Below are positions 36,581 through 49,042 of a stretch of DNA of 64,000 bases, piece after piece. Under the pieces are notes generated by a model. That model saw nothing but the letters and a program-made list of their open reading frames with translations. It made no database searches and was not told the origin of the DNA. The stretch lies in the NCBI GenBank assembly GCA_016748015.1, contig JAAOMT010000072.1:1-64000 (forward strand), written 5' to 3'. This stretch comes from Geosiphon pyriformis uo1 (Eukaryota > Fungi > Glomeromycota). Positions within the stretch are counted from its first letter, which is position 1, and every line of letters begins with the position of its first letter. A program made the position numbers and the translations under genes.

Positions 36581-38146
36581 CCTTGGGTTTTTCTTTCTAA
36601 TTCCATGCACTATTTGGATATCAAGATAGGAGTTCTAAATTTAGTTTCAAACCAGATTATGAAAGAAGTGTTTTCTTTTTCAGTATTTGTTAGTGTTTAT
36701 ATAATAATTTTTTGGTGAGCACTAGCATTGGTTTTTTGTAAAAACCAAGTAGCAGGAGAGTCTTGGAAATAGCCACCAATAATTTAGAACTTGTACTCAT
36801 TATCATATTGATTGGCAATAGCTGTTCTTTCAAAATCATCTAACCAATCAATTAGGTCTTGTGTATTACCTTTAAATAAAGGTAGTGGTGTATTATTTCT
36901 TTGCTCTAAAGCAGTTTGTATGCTCTAGAGGGCGATCAGAATGTTTTGTTGTATGTGGTTATTAGCCATTAGTTCAGAAGTAGCTGTTTGTATAGAATGT
37001 TTTGATTTACTTAAGAAGAGATCAAAAACAAGAGCAGTTTGATAGCTTTCTTCTTCTGTTTCAAAGAGTGTTTCAGCTAACTGATGGGCAGCAATCCAAA
37101 TGTAAATTTGGTAATTTAGGTATTCAGAATCAGGAAACTGTTGTTCAAAGGTTGTGAAGTATAAAAGCTGATTGATACTGTTGTTTTTTTCTTCAAAGTT
37201 GTCTTTAAAATAAGCTTGGTCAAAGTAATAGATTGTATAGGCTGTATAGGTTTCAGCTAAATGCTTGTTCAAAAACTAGTTCCAAAAGTCTTGGAATTGT
37301 CTGCTGGATTGTTCTTCAATGGGAAAGCAAATCAAGCAGGAAGGCAAAAGATTGAGTTTAATAAAGTCTAGATTGTTTTTGTTGTGTGCTTTAAAGTATT
37401 CTTTTAATTGTTGTGGCAAGTATGAATAATCACCTATACAATAAAAAACAAAGTGGATTTTGACAACCTTACAGAGAGCACCACTTTTATGTTATAGGTT
37501 AAAATAACAAGCTAATGGATAGCAAGAGAAAACAGAATTGTAGGATGATGATAGGAATCAAAAAAAATTCAACTTCAAAGAGTAAATTGAATAAGTATGA
37601 ATTCAATATGTGAGATCAGTCTCATAAAATATCTCAGTTGCTATACTTTTCAAAAAATAACTGGGGAATTTGAAGGTAGAAGGATAGTCCATACTGTTAA
37701 CAAATGATAACACACTGGTATAATTCTATGCCTCATGTTGGCACTCTTAGAATTCAATATTAGGTATTGGATATACTCTTTAGTCATATTTTATTCAATA
37801 ATCTTCAAATGCTACAATTACACATTTCAAGAAAAAGATAGGGAATAACCAACAAGTAATTTTTTATCCAAAGATGTTTGAATACTTAAAGGTAGGAAAA
37901 GAGAAATTAGTAATAAAAGAAGGATTGAAATAAAGTTGTTATTTTATTTCTTTAATTCTTACATGCTTTTCTACAGCTAAGAGATTCATTGCTTATATAA
38001 CTATCAAAAGTGGTTAATAATCAGGTCAATGGTCAGGTCATTGATCAGATCAATGATCACTATTTAAAAATAGAATGGCTAATTATATGACATTAATAAC
38101 TAATACATGTAATAATTAATAAGAAGTATAGGTTTCAACTATAACA
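36581..38146 (-). mobile_element. Gypsy family A copy A4/5, 5' part (LTR 37490-38146, PBS, gag start), inverted
   Basis: gag resumes at 41971 with the duplicated GAAAAACCCAAG; the LTR pairs with 57185-57922. Confidence 0.9.
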
Positions 38147-38222
38147 ACACTACTATTAAGCATTTCTGTTTAATAACTAAATAGTTTTGTTCTGCTGGTA
38201 AAAGTGTTTTACTTGCATATAC

Positions 38223-40823
38223 TGTTACGAATTGGAGTAATAAGCTAATGAATAGCAAAGGAGAACAGGATTGTAGGATGATGAAAGGAATCAAAGGGAA
38301 TTCAACTTCAAAGAATGAATTGAATAAGTATGAATTCAATGTGTGAGATTAGTCTCATAAAATATCTCAGTCGCTATACTTTTCAAAGATAACTGGGGAA
38401 TTTGAAGGTAGAGAAATAATCTGTACTGTCAACAAATAATCACACTTGGTATAATTTTATACCTCACGTCAGCACTCTTAGAATTCAATATCAAGTATCA
38501 AATGTGCTTTTCAGTCACATTTTATTCAATAATCTCCAAATGTTGCAATTATACATTTCAGAAAAAGAGTAAGGAATAACCAACAAGTAATCTTTTATCT
38601 TTAAGATGTTCAGATACTTGAAAGTAGGGAAAGAAAAATTAGCGATAAGAGAAGGATTGAAATAAAAGTTGTTATTTTATTTATTTGATTTCCTTGATTT
38701 CTTCATACTTTTCTACAGCTAAGAGATTCATTGCTTATATAGCTGTCAAAAGTGGTCAATAATTAGGTCAATAATCACTTACTAAAAATAGAATGGCTAA
38801 TTTATATGACATCAGTGGCTAATACATGTGATAATTAATAAGAAGTATAAGTTTCAACTGTAATATCATCCTCTCCAAAAAGATTGAGCTCTGGCAAAAT
38901 TAAGCTATTTATGGTGTAATCTATTGGAAAGGTTTTATCTAACTCAAATCTAACTAGTTTGTTGAAGTCTTTTGTCGATAAGATATATAACACTTGAGGT
39001 GAAATGAGTTTTGTATCCAGAAGACCAAATCTTTGTATTAGAGTTTTGGCTCTTCTAGCAATAGTTAAAACTCTTGAGACATCTAACTGTATAATGCCCA
39101 AAATTTCTGCCTGTATCTCTGAAGTTGTTTTCTTCATAAGTTTCATATCCTCTATGATTTCACCAAGGTGACCATAGAGTTCTAATTGTCTTCCATATGA
39201 CAAGTTTTTGTCTATGGATAAGATTTCTTGAAGTGTTTTTCCAATTGTGTTGGAAGGTAAGAGTATAGCTGCTGTTATACTTTCAAACAGATATTTATCC
39301 ATTTTACTACCAATTTTTTCTCTTCTGGTAGTGGTTTTCTTTGGTTTAATAACAGTATGTGTTCCACTGTTATCAGTTATGGTGGTTTGTTTTCCAATGG
39401 TCAGAGTAGCATTTGGATAGTTTTTGATCCAATACTTATGAAGAGTATAGAAAGCATTTTGAATGTTTTGATCTAGAAAATAATTGTTTATATTGATTGA
39501 AGATATCTCTGTTTTGGGAATAATGCATTTATTTATACTTGATTTTTGCTGATCATTTGAGTCGGTATTACCATAACAGGCAGCCAATCAAGTCATTTAT
39601 GATATTTCTTGAGTTGTGTACCATAAACAGAATGATTATTGAAGATTGTTCTGGATTGATCTTGAAGAATATAAGAATTATTGTTCAAAACTTTGTTAAC
39701 TATAAAGGGTTCTTTCTACTGGTTAGAGAATTTATCACCATAAACATTGTCTCTATCTGAACAGTATTCCAATACCAAGTTACCAACACTTAAAGAAAAT
39801 GTTTTATAGGTTTTCTTTTTCTTAAGTTTTTCTTGGAACTGTTTTATCTTTTCAAAAGCAATTATTCGTGCTTCTACTAAGGAGTCAAGAATGGTACCAA
39901 GTCTTTTTTGCAAAATGTCTTTGTAATTTCCTATTGTGATCTCTTCAAAGAGTATTGTTTCAATATTAGTTTTTATTGGTAGTGTTGCCATGTGTCCATA
40001 AAGCAGATAAAAAGGTTTATAACTTGTTATGTCATGATTCACAGTTCTATAAGCAAACAATGCTGAAGGCAGTACTTTGTTCCATAAATTTGTTTCTTTA
40101 CTGGTTTTGGCTAGAATTTCACATAATGTTCTATTGAAATGTTCTACTAGGCCATTTGTTTGGAGGTGATAAAAGGAGAAAAGTTTATAATGTATTCCCA
40201 TTTTTCTACAAAGTTCTTCAACTAGTGTACTGAAAAAAGCTTTTTTTCTATCAAATAAAAGTTTTTTAGAGCAGCCATAATGGCAGATAATATCTTTATA
40301 AATAAAATTGGCTATTGAGACTGCTGTTTGTTCTGAAGTGGCTCTTGTTTTTACCCACTTTGTAAGATAGTCGGTAGCTGTAATAATATATCTGTTGCCA
40401 TCAGGAATAATTGTTAAAGATCCAACAACATCTATACCAATTCTGTCAAAGAGTTGACCAACAGAAATTGGATGGATGTCTTCTTTGCAATTGGGTTTGC
40501 CTCTTCTTTGGCAGATGTCACAGGTTTTAATGTATTCAGCAATGTCTTTTTCCAAGGTAGGCCAATAATAACAAGCTAAAGTTTTTTGAATTGTTTTTGT
40601 TTTTCCAAAGTGTCCAGCTAATGGGTCAGTATGCATATTATATATTACAATTTTTCTTTCTTCAAATCTGATAACTCTTTGGGAGCAGTCAGAATTTTTT
40701 CTGTTTCTTTTATATAATTGGTTCTGGTGGATCAAATAAAAATTTGATTGTTTGTGCAAATGTTTTTTTTGCTGTTGAGTGTATTCAGGTGGGTATTGTC
40801 CTTTACCCAAAAATTTCATTAAG
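38223..40823 (-). mobile_element. A3 right part, inverted: integrase 40823-39533, ORF4, 3' LTR 38223-38865
   Basis: LTR shares diagnostic bases with 30303-30998 (TACAGTTG, TTTAGTAAG); the integrase resumes at SALMKFLG. Confidence 0.9.
38835..39587 (-). CDS. A3 ORF4, stop-free copy of the uncharacterised accessory protein (likely start ATG mutated to ATA)
   Basis: 250-codon open frame, highly similar to A1 7581-8332. Confidence 0.7.
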   Translation of the reverse strand: MAACYGNTDSNDQQKSSINKCIIPKTEISSININNYFLDQNIQNAFYTLHKYWIKNYPNATLTIGKQTTITDNSGTHTVIKPKKTTTRREKIGSKMDKYLFESITAAILLPSNTIGKTLQEILSIDKNLSYGRQLELYGHLGEIIEDMKLMKKTTSEIQAEILGIIQLDVSRVLTIARRAKTLIQRFGLLDTKLISPQVLYILSTKDFNKLVRFELDKTFPIDYTINSLILPELNLFGEDDITVETYTSY

Positions 40824-41954
40824 GCAGACTTTAACTTGACAGAAGTGATAACACCAAAAATGCCAAGAGCAGATTTAATGTCATCAGAGAAGGTACCCAA
40901 AGGTACATCATAAAGTGCAACTGACAAAGAGGGGGAAGAAACAGAGACCACACCAGAAGACCATGCAATCTTAAGAATGGTCAAAAAAACTTTATCACCA
41001 ATGGCCACTTTGGTGGCACTATTTAGACTCTTCTAAGATGCAAATTCCACACAGAACAACTTGATAGCATTTCATGAAACAAATTTAAGCCCAATACAAC
41101 CAGGCAGCAACTAAAACAAAAAACTAAGCAAGGCCATCTTGATCTTAAATGTAGTACCAGATACAAAATTGAAGGCCACCCAACCAGAGAACTTTTGACA
41201 ACCATTTACATTCTTCTAAGCACTACTATCAGCAGCACCAGAAATTGGGGAAGGAGCAGTTAATTCCATTTCCATCTGATCAGCCCAATTTTTGAGATTA
41301 TCTGAAATAATGGGCTGTTTTGTTACTGAGATTGGCAATGATCTGCTGGAGAGTATCACATCAGACAACATAGCAAGTAGTTGATCTTGGCCTATCTTAG
41401 AAGATGTGCCACTGCTGTTGCCATCCATATCAGGAAGAGAGCTGGCTACTGCTGTGAAGATCTTACCAAAGATCTTATTTGGAACCACAAAGGGGTTCGA
41501 TATAACCATAGCAGTTGTGACTGTCTGCTACTGTTTTTTGGAATTTTTTGCTTTCATGGCCATTTGTGAAGTAGTAGAAGTAGTAGTAGTAGTGGAAGTA
41601 GTGAGAGTGAAAAAAACCAGCTTGTTAACTGGTTTGTTATTAAAAATTTTTGGGCTTTTAGAAGTAGTAAAGACAACACTGGGACTAATCTGAGTATGTC
41701 TTTTGGAAGAAACTTTGACTGAAGAAGAACTACCAGCCAAAGGTGAAAAAAATGAACCAGAAGCCATTAAAGGCAGCTTTTCACTAATATTTTTTAAAAA
41801 AAATGTAGCCAGAACATTTTGTCTAGCTGCTTTAATAACTGAAAACCTTTTTTATGTTGAAACTTTATTAGTTACTATAGGAAAAGTAACATTTGCAACT
41901 TTTTTACTCTTAGCTCTAGTTGTGGTCATAAAATTTAGAAGAAAAAGAGTTTTT
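40824..41954 (-). mobile_element. 5' half of ORF1-only element H3/4
   Basis: 5' motif AAAAACTCTTTT; ends at ..TSVKLK, exactly where the 35309 half begins. Confidence 0.9.
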
Positions 41955-44900
41955 ATGCTGAAATCAAGCTGAAAAACCCAAGATCTTGGTGAAGTTGTAA
42001 CTGAATATGCCAAAGCAATCAGAAAGTTAATTAAATGAGTAGACTCTAAAAGGAACTGAACAGAAAAACAAAAGATTTATTCTTTTACAAAAGGATTGAG
42101 AACTGATCTTTTATATGCTCTTTGGTCTCTCTTGGCTCCGAAAAACCATCTTATAATGAATATGGCCATTGAACTAGCCCAACAAATTGAAGACAACCAA
42201 AAAATGCACTTGGAATTCACATTACCAGTTTTTGCTCCTGTTTTTGTTATGGCTTCTGTTCCTCAAATGGCTGCTACTTCTTTTATTATCCAAACTTCAG
42301 ATCACAATAAACAATTGATAGATAGACTCACAGCTAATCTTGTCTGGTTATTAGAACCCTTAGCCCAAGCAGTCAGAGATAATTAGCAACTATAAAGACT
42401 TAGATTTGAACCCCATTTTAATTAGCCCCAGCAACTTTCTTATTAAAGACAGCAAAATTGTGGTTCACTTGTGTGCTATCACTGTAGATTAACTAGACAC
42501 TTTTCCAGAGATCGCAACAATCCTCTATTGCTTCCTTCAGTTTCTAGAAACAATAACAATCAAACTAACAGAATTATTAACAACAATGCCCCCAATTAAA
42601 GACCCAATCATGCCAATATCAATTTCTTTAAAGAGGATCCCCTAGTTAAAACCACTGTTTATTAGCCTTTAAACTGGTAAGTATATCTCCAAAGAGTAAG
42701 AGTGCAAGCCAACCAGAAGAAAACTTTTTTTATGCTTTTAATCTAACTAATGATGACTATGACATGAATGAACTAGCAATCAACATCTCTAAATTAACAA
42801 AAAAAAAGAAAAAACCCAAGGTTGATTTTGTTTTGGATCTAAACAAAGCATTCAAATAAACTGCTAATAACATTAAGTCATCAAAGACTAAAGTTTTTAA
42901 AAATCCTCCAAAGTTGGAATCTCCAGAAATAGTACAAAAATCTGGTCCCTATCCTGTTTTTAAAGATCTCATGGAAATCAGAAAAGATCTTCACAAATCA
43001 TTGATACTAAAAAAAAAAACACCAAAGACTAACAAATGCCTCCACCAAGTTGAACTTGCTAACAACAGCAATGTCACATCTTTAATTTGTAAAGCTCAAA
43101 TGGCTGGTTACTTTATTGATTTGATCCTAGACAGTGGATTATCGGTTAGTGTAATTGCCAAACACTTTCTTAAAACAATTGGCAGAAAGATTGATGAATC
43201 TTCTACTTGACCAATGACCAATATACATGATAACAAGAAGAAAGATCTGGACATAGTCAAAGCTGTTTCTGTTCATATTAATGGTATTAGCATTAAAACT
43301 GACATGGAGATATCTGAAGCCAAGAAATACACAATAATTATTGGCAATAAATAACTTAAGAAAGCAAAAGCTCTCCTTAACTATAAACTTTGTAAGCTGA
43401 TCATCAGATGTAATAAAAAGCCCATTGTGATTAAATGCTGTCATTAGACAACTCCTTTAGTACCCAAGCAAAACCAAGAAGAAAAACAATCAAATGAATC
43501 AGAAGATGATAAAAACAATAAAGAAGAACAAGAAAAAACTGCTAAACTTGTCTATACTATTTTTACCAACAATGGCAAGCCACTGGACAATATTAAAGCT
43601 AACAAAAAAGGAATCATAGTAAATAGCAAGCTAATCTACTGGTCTTATTATAATATTCTCAAAAGAATTTTTGATAAAAAACCTGGCAAGAAAGCAAAAT
43701 ACAGTTATTGGTGGCATGACCCTTGTGCCAGGTGCTAGTGCAATAAACTTTTGTATTTTCCTAGTAATGAATACAAGTTTTGTCTAATCTATTACAAAAA
43801 TTAAAAGCCAATTAGTTTAATACCCAGAGAAGAACTAAAAGAAATACAAAAATCATTTGAAAAAAAACCATCTAAAATCCAATTATTAGTTTTAAAACAA
43901 AGAGAATCTTTCTCTGAAGAAAGAAAAGTGAACATTGAAAATCTGTTGGCTAAAAATAGCCCAGTTATCTCAAAAAAAAGTGACACCCTTGGACAAACCC
44001 ATGTAATACAACACACTATTACTATAAAAAAAACTCATTCCATCTATTTAAAGCCTTATTAATCCAATTGATACAATAATAAGTTTATCAAGAAAGAGAT
44101 AAACCAGATAAAAGATCTTGGGTTCATACAAAAAACCAAGAGTAAATGAGCTTTTCCAGTTGTAATGATATCCAAGAAAGGTGGAACTCTATGCTTCTGT
44201 GTCAACTACCACCAATTAAATGCCATCACTATAAGAGATATGTACTTACTTCCCAAAATTGATGCAATGCTAGACAAATTCAATGGTGCTGCTTTCTTCT
44301 CAACTATTGACTTAACTGCTGAATTTTGGCAAGTAGAAATAGATTCAGAAAGCAGAAAGAAAACTGCCTTTATCACCAAGTATGGCACCTACGAATTAAC
44401 AGTTATGCTTTTTGGTCTCACAAATACCTCTCCCATCTTTTAACACCTAATAGACAAAGTGTTTGAATCAGTAAAAGAAAATTTTGTTCTGGTCTACTTG
44501 GACGACATAATAGTATACTCAAAAACCTGGAATGAACACCTTGAACACTTGCAAAAAGTTTTTGATCTCCTTAAAAATGCTGGTCTTAAAATCAATCCAA
44601 TCAAATCTTTTTTTGGATGTCAATCCACCCAGTTTCTTGGTCATTTCATTACAAAAGATAGAATCTTCCCTGATCTAGCTAGGTTAAAAAAGTCTAGAAC
44701 ATTAGACAACCAATAAATATTCTTAAACTATGTTTTTTTCTTGGTTTGGCTTTTTACTATTGCAAATTTATTAAAGATTTTTCCAAAATCATCTTTTTAC
44801 TCAATCAGCTACTCAGAAAAAATGTCAATTATTATTGGGGCATTTATTAACAAAAAGCTTTTGAAATTTTGAAGGAAAAACTTGTTACTAAACCAATTCT

Positions 44901-47190
44901 CAAACAACTTGACTTGAACCAATCTTTCATTCTTTATATTGATACATCTGGCTATAAACTTGGTGCTGTTTTCTTACAGAAAAATAAAGATGACAGAGAA
45001 CATACTATAGCATATGCCAGTAAATTCCTCACACCAGCAGAAAAGAATTATTCAGTAACTGAACAAAAATGCTTAATAGTAGTTTGGAGTTACTAGAATT
45101 AATATCTTCTTGGTATAAAATTTTTAGTGATAACAGATTATCAAGCTTTGGTTTGGCTGTGCAATAAAAAAAAGCTGGAACACAAATGAATAACTCGCTG
45201 AATACTCAACTTGAATGAATTTGACTATAATATTCAACACTACAAAAGAGCAAATTATCAAAATGCCAATACTTTCTCTAGACTTACCATCCAGTGACTC
45301 TTTTTTTAACAAACACAATAATAGACTTGGACAACTATTCTGTCTTAATGGAATTTTTGAGTAAAAGATAATATCCACTAGACTACACTTAACAGCAAAA
45401 AGAACATTTGCACAAACAATCAAATTTCTATTTGATTTGTCAGAACTAGTTATATAAAAGAAACAAGAAAGATTCTGACTGCTTCCAAAAAGTCATCAGA
45501 TTTGAAAAAAGAGAAATTGTAATATATAACATGCACATTGACTCATTAGCTGGACACTTTGGAAAAACAAAAACAATTCAGAAAATCTTAGCTTATTATT
45601 ATTGGCCTATTTTGGAAAAAACCATTGCTGAATATATTAAAACCTATAACATCTGCCAAAGAAAAGACAAATCCAATTGCAAAGAAGATATCCATCCAAT
45701 CTCTGTTGGTCAACCATTTGACAAAATTGGTATAGATGTTGTTGAACTTTTAACAATAACTCCTGATAGCAACAGATACATTATCACAGCTACTAACTAT
45801 CTTACAAAGTAGATAGAAGCAAAAGCCATTCCAGACCAAACAGCAGTCTCAATAGCCAATTTTATTTATGAAGATATTATCTGCCATTATGGCTGCTCTA
45901 AAAAACTTTTATTTGATAAAAGAAAAGCTTTTTTCAGTACACTGGTTGAAGAACTTTGTAGAAAAATGGGAATATGTTATAAACTTTTTTCTTCTTACCA
46001 CCCTCAAACAAATGGCTTAGTAGAATATTTTAATAGAACATTATGTGAAACTTTAGCCAAAACCAGTAAAAAAACAAACTTATAGGACAAAGTACTATTT
46101 TCAGCTTTGTTTGCTTATAAAACTGTGAATCATGACATAATAAGTTATAAACCTTTTATCTACTCTATGAATACATGGCAACACTACTAATAGAAATTGA
46201 CATTGAAACAAATTTTTTAAAAAGATCACAATAAAAAATTACAAAGACATTTTGCAAAGAAGACTTGATACCATTTTTGACTTCTTGGTAAAAGCATGAA
46301 TAATTGCTTTTGAAAAAATAAAACAGGTTCAAGAAAAGCTTAAGAAAAAAAAAACCTATAAAACACTTTTTTTAAGTGTTGGTAACTTGGTATTAAAATA
46401 CTATTCAGACAGAGACAATGTTTATAGTGATAAATTCTCTAGCCAGTAGAAAAGACTCTTTATAGTCAACAAAGTTTTGAACAATAGTTTTTATATTCTT
46501 CAAGATCAATCTGGAACAATCTTCAATAATTGTCCTGTTCATGATACACGACTCAAAAAATATCATAAATGACCTGATTGGTTGCCTGTTGTAATAATAC
46601 CAACCCAAATGATCAGTAAAAATCAAGTATAAATAAATACATCATTCCCAAAACAGAGGTATTTTTAATTGACATAAACAATTATTTTCTGGATTAAAAC
46701 ATTCAAAATATCTTCTATACTTTTCATAAGTATTGGATCAAAAACTATTTAAATGTTACTCTGACCATTGAAAAACAAACCACCATAACTGATAACAGTA
46801 GAATACATACTGTTATTAAACCAAAGAAAACTACTACCAAAAAAGAAAAAATTGGTAGCAAAATGGATAAATATTTGTTAGAAAATATAACAGCAGTTAT
46901 ACTCTTACCTTTCAGCACAATTGGAAAAACAATTTAAGAAATCTTGCTTATAGAAAAAAATTTGTCATATAGAAGACAATTAAAACTCTATGGTTGCTTA
47001 GAAGAATCATAGAGGATATGAAACTTATAAAGAAAACAACTTTAGAGATACAAACAGAAATTTTGGGTATTATATGGTTAGATATTCCAAGAGTTTTAAC
47101 TATTGTTAGAAAAGCCAAAACTCTAATACAAAGATTTGGTCTTTTGAATACAAAACTTATTTCATTTCAAGTATTATATACTCTATTTAC

Positions 47191-48187
47191 TATTACTGGA
47201 GGTTTTTGGTCTCTTTTTTTAAATGTTATTAATGTTTGTTTGTTGTAAATTCACATTTTCTAGAAGTAGTTGAACCTCCAATAACTGAATTTATCTTCAA
47301 ATTATCTCCTATAATTTGAACTGCTGGGCTTATGAGTGGAATGGCCAATTCCATGCCAGTTATTTTGTATAGTTACATTGTAGTAAATGTCAACTCTTTC
47401 TCAGGAATTGCTTGTCTGAAAGCTCACTAAAATGTGTAGTTACTTTGCTGTGAAAATCAACTCTTCTACAGAAATCTCATCTGTAGACTACTCTAATAAT
47501 TGTAATAAAAAAAAGAAAAGAAAATAAAAAAAATATAAAAGAAATGGAATTTTATCAAGGAAAATGTTTTCTATTCAGGCCTGGAATTACTAACAGTTTA
47601 CTGAAATTGGTAGCTAATTAATTTTAAAATGTTAGTTGGGTTTTGGGAATTTTTCAAGTGCAATAATTAAAGAATTTGGTTTTCAAATTATTTGATATTT
47701 ATTTCTTTTTGTGTGTGTAAGAATGGTTCTAAGTGATAATTCTAAAGTAAGATACTATGTTAAGATACTATGAAAAGATATGAGAAGAATATGGGAAGGA
47801 TACATTTTCTTGAAGGGAGAAGCTTTTCTTTTATACAACTTGTTGTATTACTAGTCTTTGAACTTGTACTTTTCTCTTTGCTACAATTTGGGTGAACTAA
47901 AAATACATTTTGGCGAATTTACAAGTTATTTCACTGAACTATTAATTATTTCGGCAAATTTTCATTAATTTTGGCAAATTTTGACTATGTTAAATAGTTC
48001 AGGGTATTGTGTAATTTAATCATCTTAATTTCTAGAGTACAAATTGGATTATTGATTGAGTAATAATGTTTAATACTTTGATTAAATAATAAGTAATAAT
48101 TGAAATAGTGATAATATATGCTAATTAATTATAGGAATTATAAAGGTAATTTTATGCTAATTAATAGCTAAAATTCTACTGGTAACA
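47191..48187 (-). repeat. C 3' LTR
   Basis: Direct repeat of 56078-57072. Confidence 0.95.
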
Positions 48188-48875
48188 TAATCTCCTCCTT
48201 AAGACTGAACTCCATCAAAGTCCAAGCACTATCTGTGATGTTAAGATAGTGGTCCAAGATAATTGAAGTGATCTGGTCTAAAAATTGTTGAAATTTCAGT
48301 TCTGTGAGTTTTCCAATATATTGAATCTTCATTGGATGGAGTATTGGATTTTGTAGAACATTTTCACAAGTGTTGAATAAATCATAAAATCTAGATGCTG
48401 TTCTAAGTTTGTAGCAAGTATTTGTTGGTCCAGCTGCTGTTTTGAATTCATTGTGAATTTGTGTTTGTATAGCCTTAAGAGTGATGTTGGTTGCTTCAAG
48501 TTTCAGTTTTTGTTCATAAAGTGTTTTTCCAATATGAAAATATCTATATATAAGAGTATGTTCATTGTTCTGTCCATTAAGAAATAGTAGAAGTTTTTGT
48601 TGTATTGTGGCATTTGGTGGAATGTCAATAGGGGCAATTAAAAGGTTTTCTTTTAGTGCTTGCTTCAAAAGTTCTGGTAACCTATTTCCAGAGTGATTTC
48701 TTGTTTTTTTTCTATAAAGATGATAGTTCTGAGAATTATTTACTATTGGGACTGTGGTTTTTTTCTGAATGTAATTAATTTGACTTTCATTAATTGTTAT
48801 AGACAAGTCAGGAAGTGTTTTCAAAGCTAACATTAATTTTTGGGATATTTGTTGAATATTTCGGAGAATAATCAT
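48168..48875 (-). CDS. C accessory ORF downstream of integrase (235 aa, stop-free, unknown function)
   Basis: Same position as family-A ORF4; runs through the PPT into the LTR; shared YxHxG and KLTxxxF motifs. Confidence 0.7.
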   Translation of the reverse strand: MIILRNIQQISQKLMLALKTLPDLSITINESQINYIQKKTTVPIVNNSQNYHLYRKKTRNHSGNRLPELLKQALKENLLIAPIDIPPNATIQQKLLLFLNGQNNEHTLIYRYFHIGKTLYEQKLKLEATNITLKAIQTQIHNEFKTAAGPTNTCYKLRTASRFYDLFNTCENVLQNPILHPMKIQYIGKLTELKFQQFLDQITSIILDHYLNITDSAWTLMEFSLKEEIMLPVEF

Positions 48876-49042
48876 GATAAAAATAACTAATTAATAATAA
48901 AGTTTGAAAAGAATAAAGAAAATTATTTCTGAGTATAGGGTTTTTATTTGTTTTTGGGTTTAAATATTTCTTTGTAATTATTTACTATTTTTGATTTATG
49001 TTTTGTAGATTATATAAAAAATTATTGTAAAATTATGTTGAA

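Noticed and set aside
35309-41954. Two independent truncated H insertions, or twin priming
   Set aside because: The halves are exactly complementary and the flanking Gypsy pieces are reciprocally exchanged; a single inversion explains all junctions
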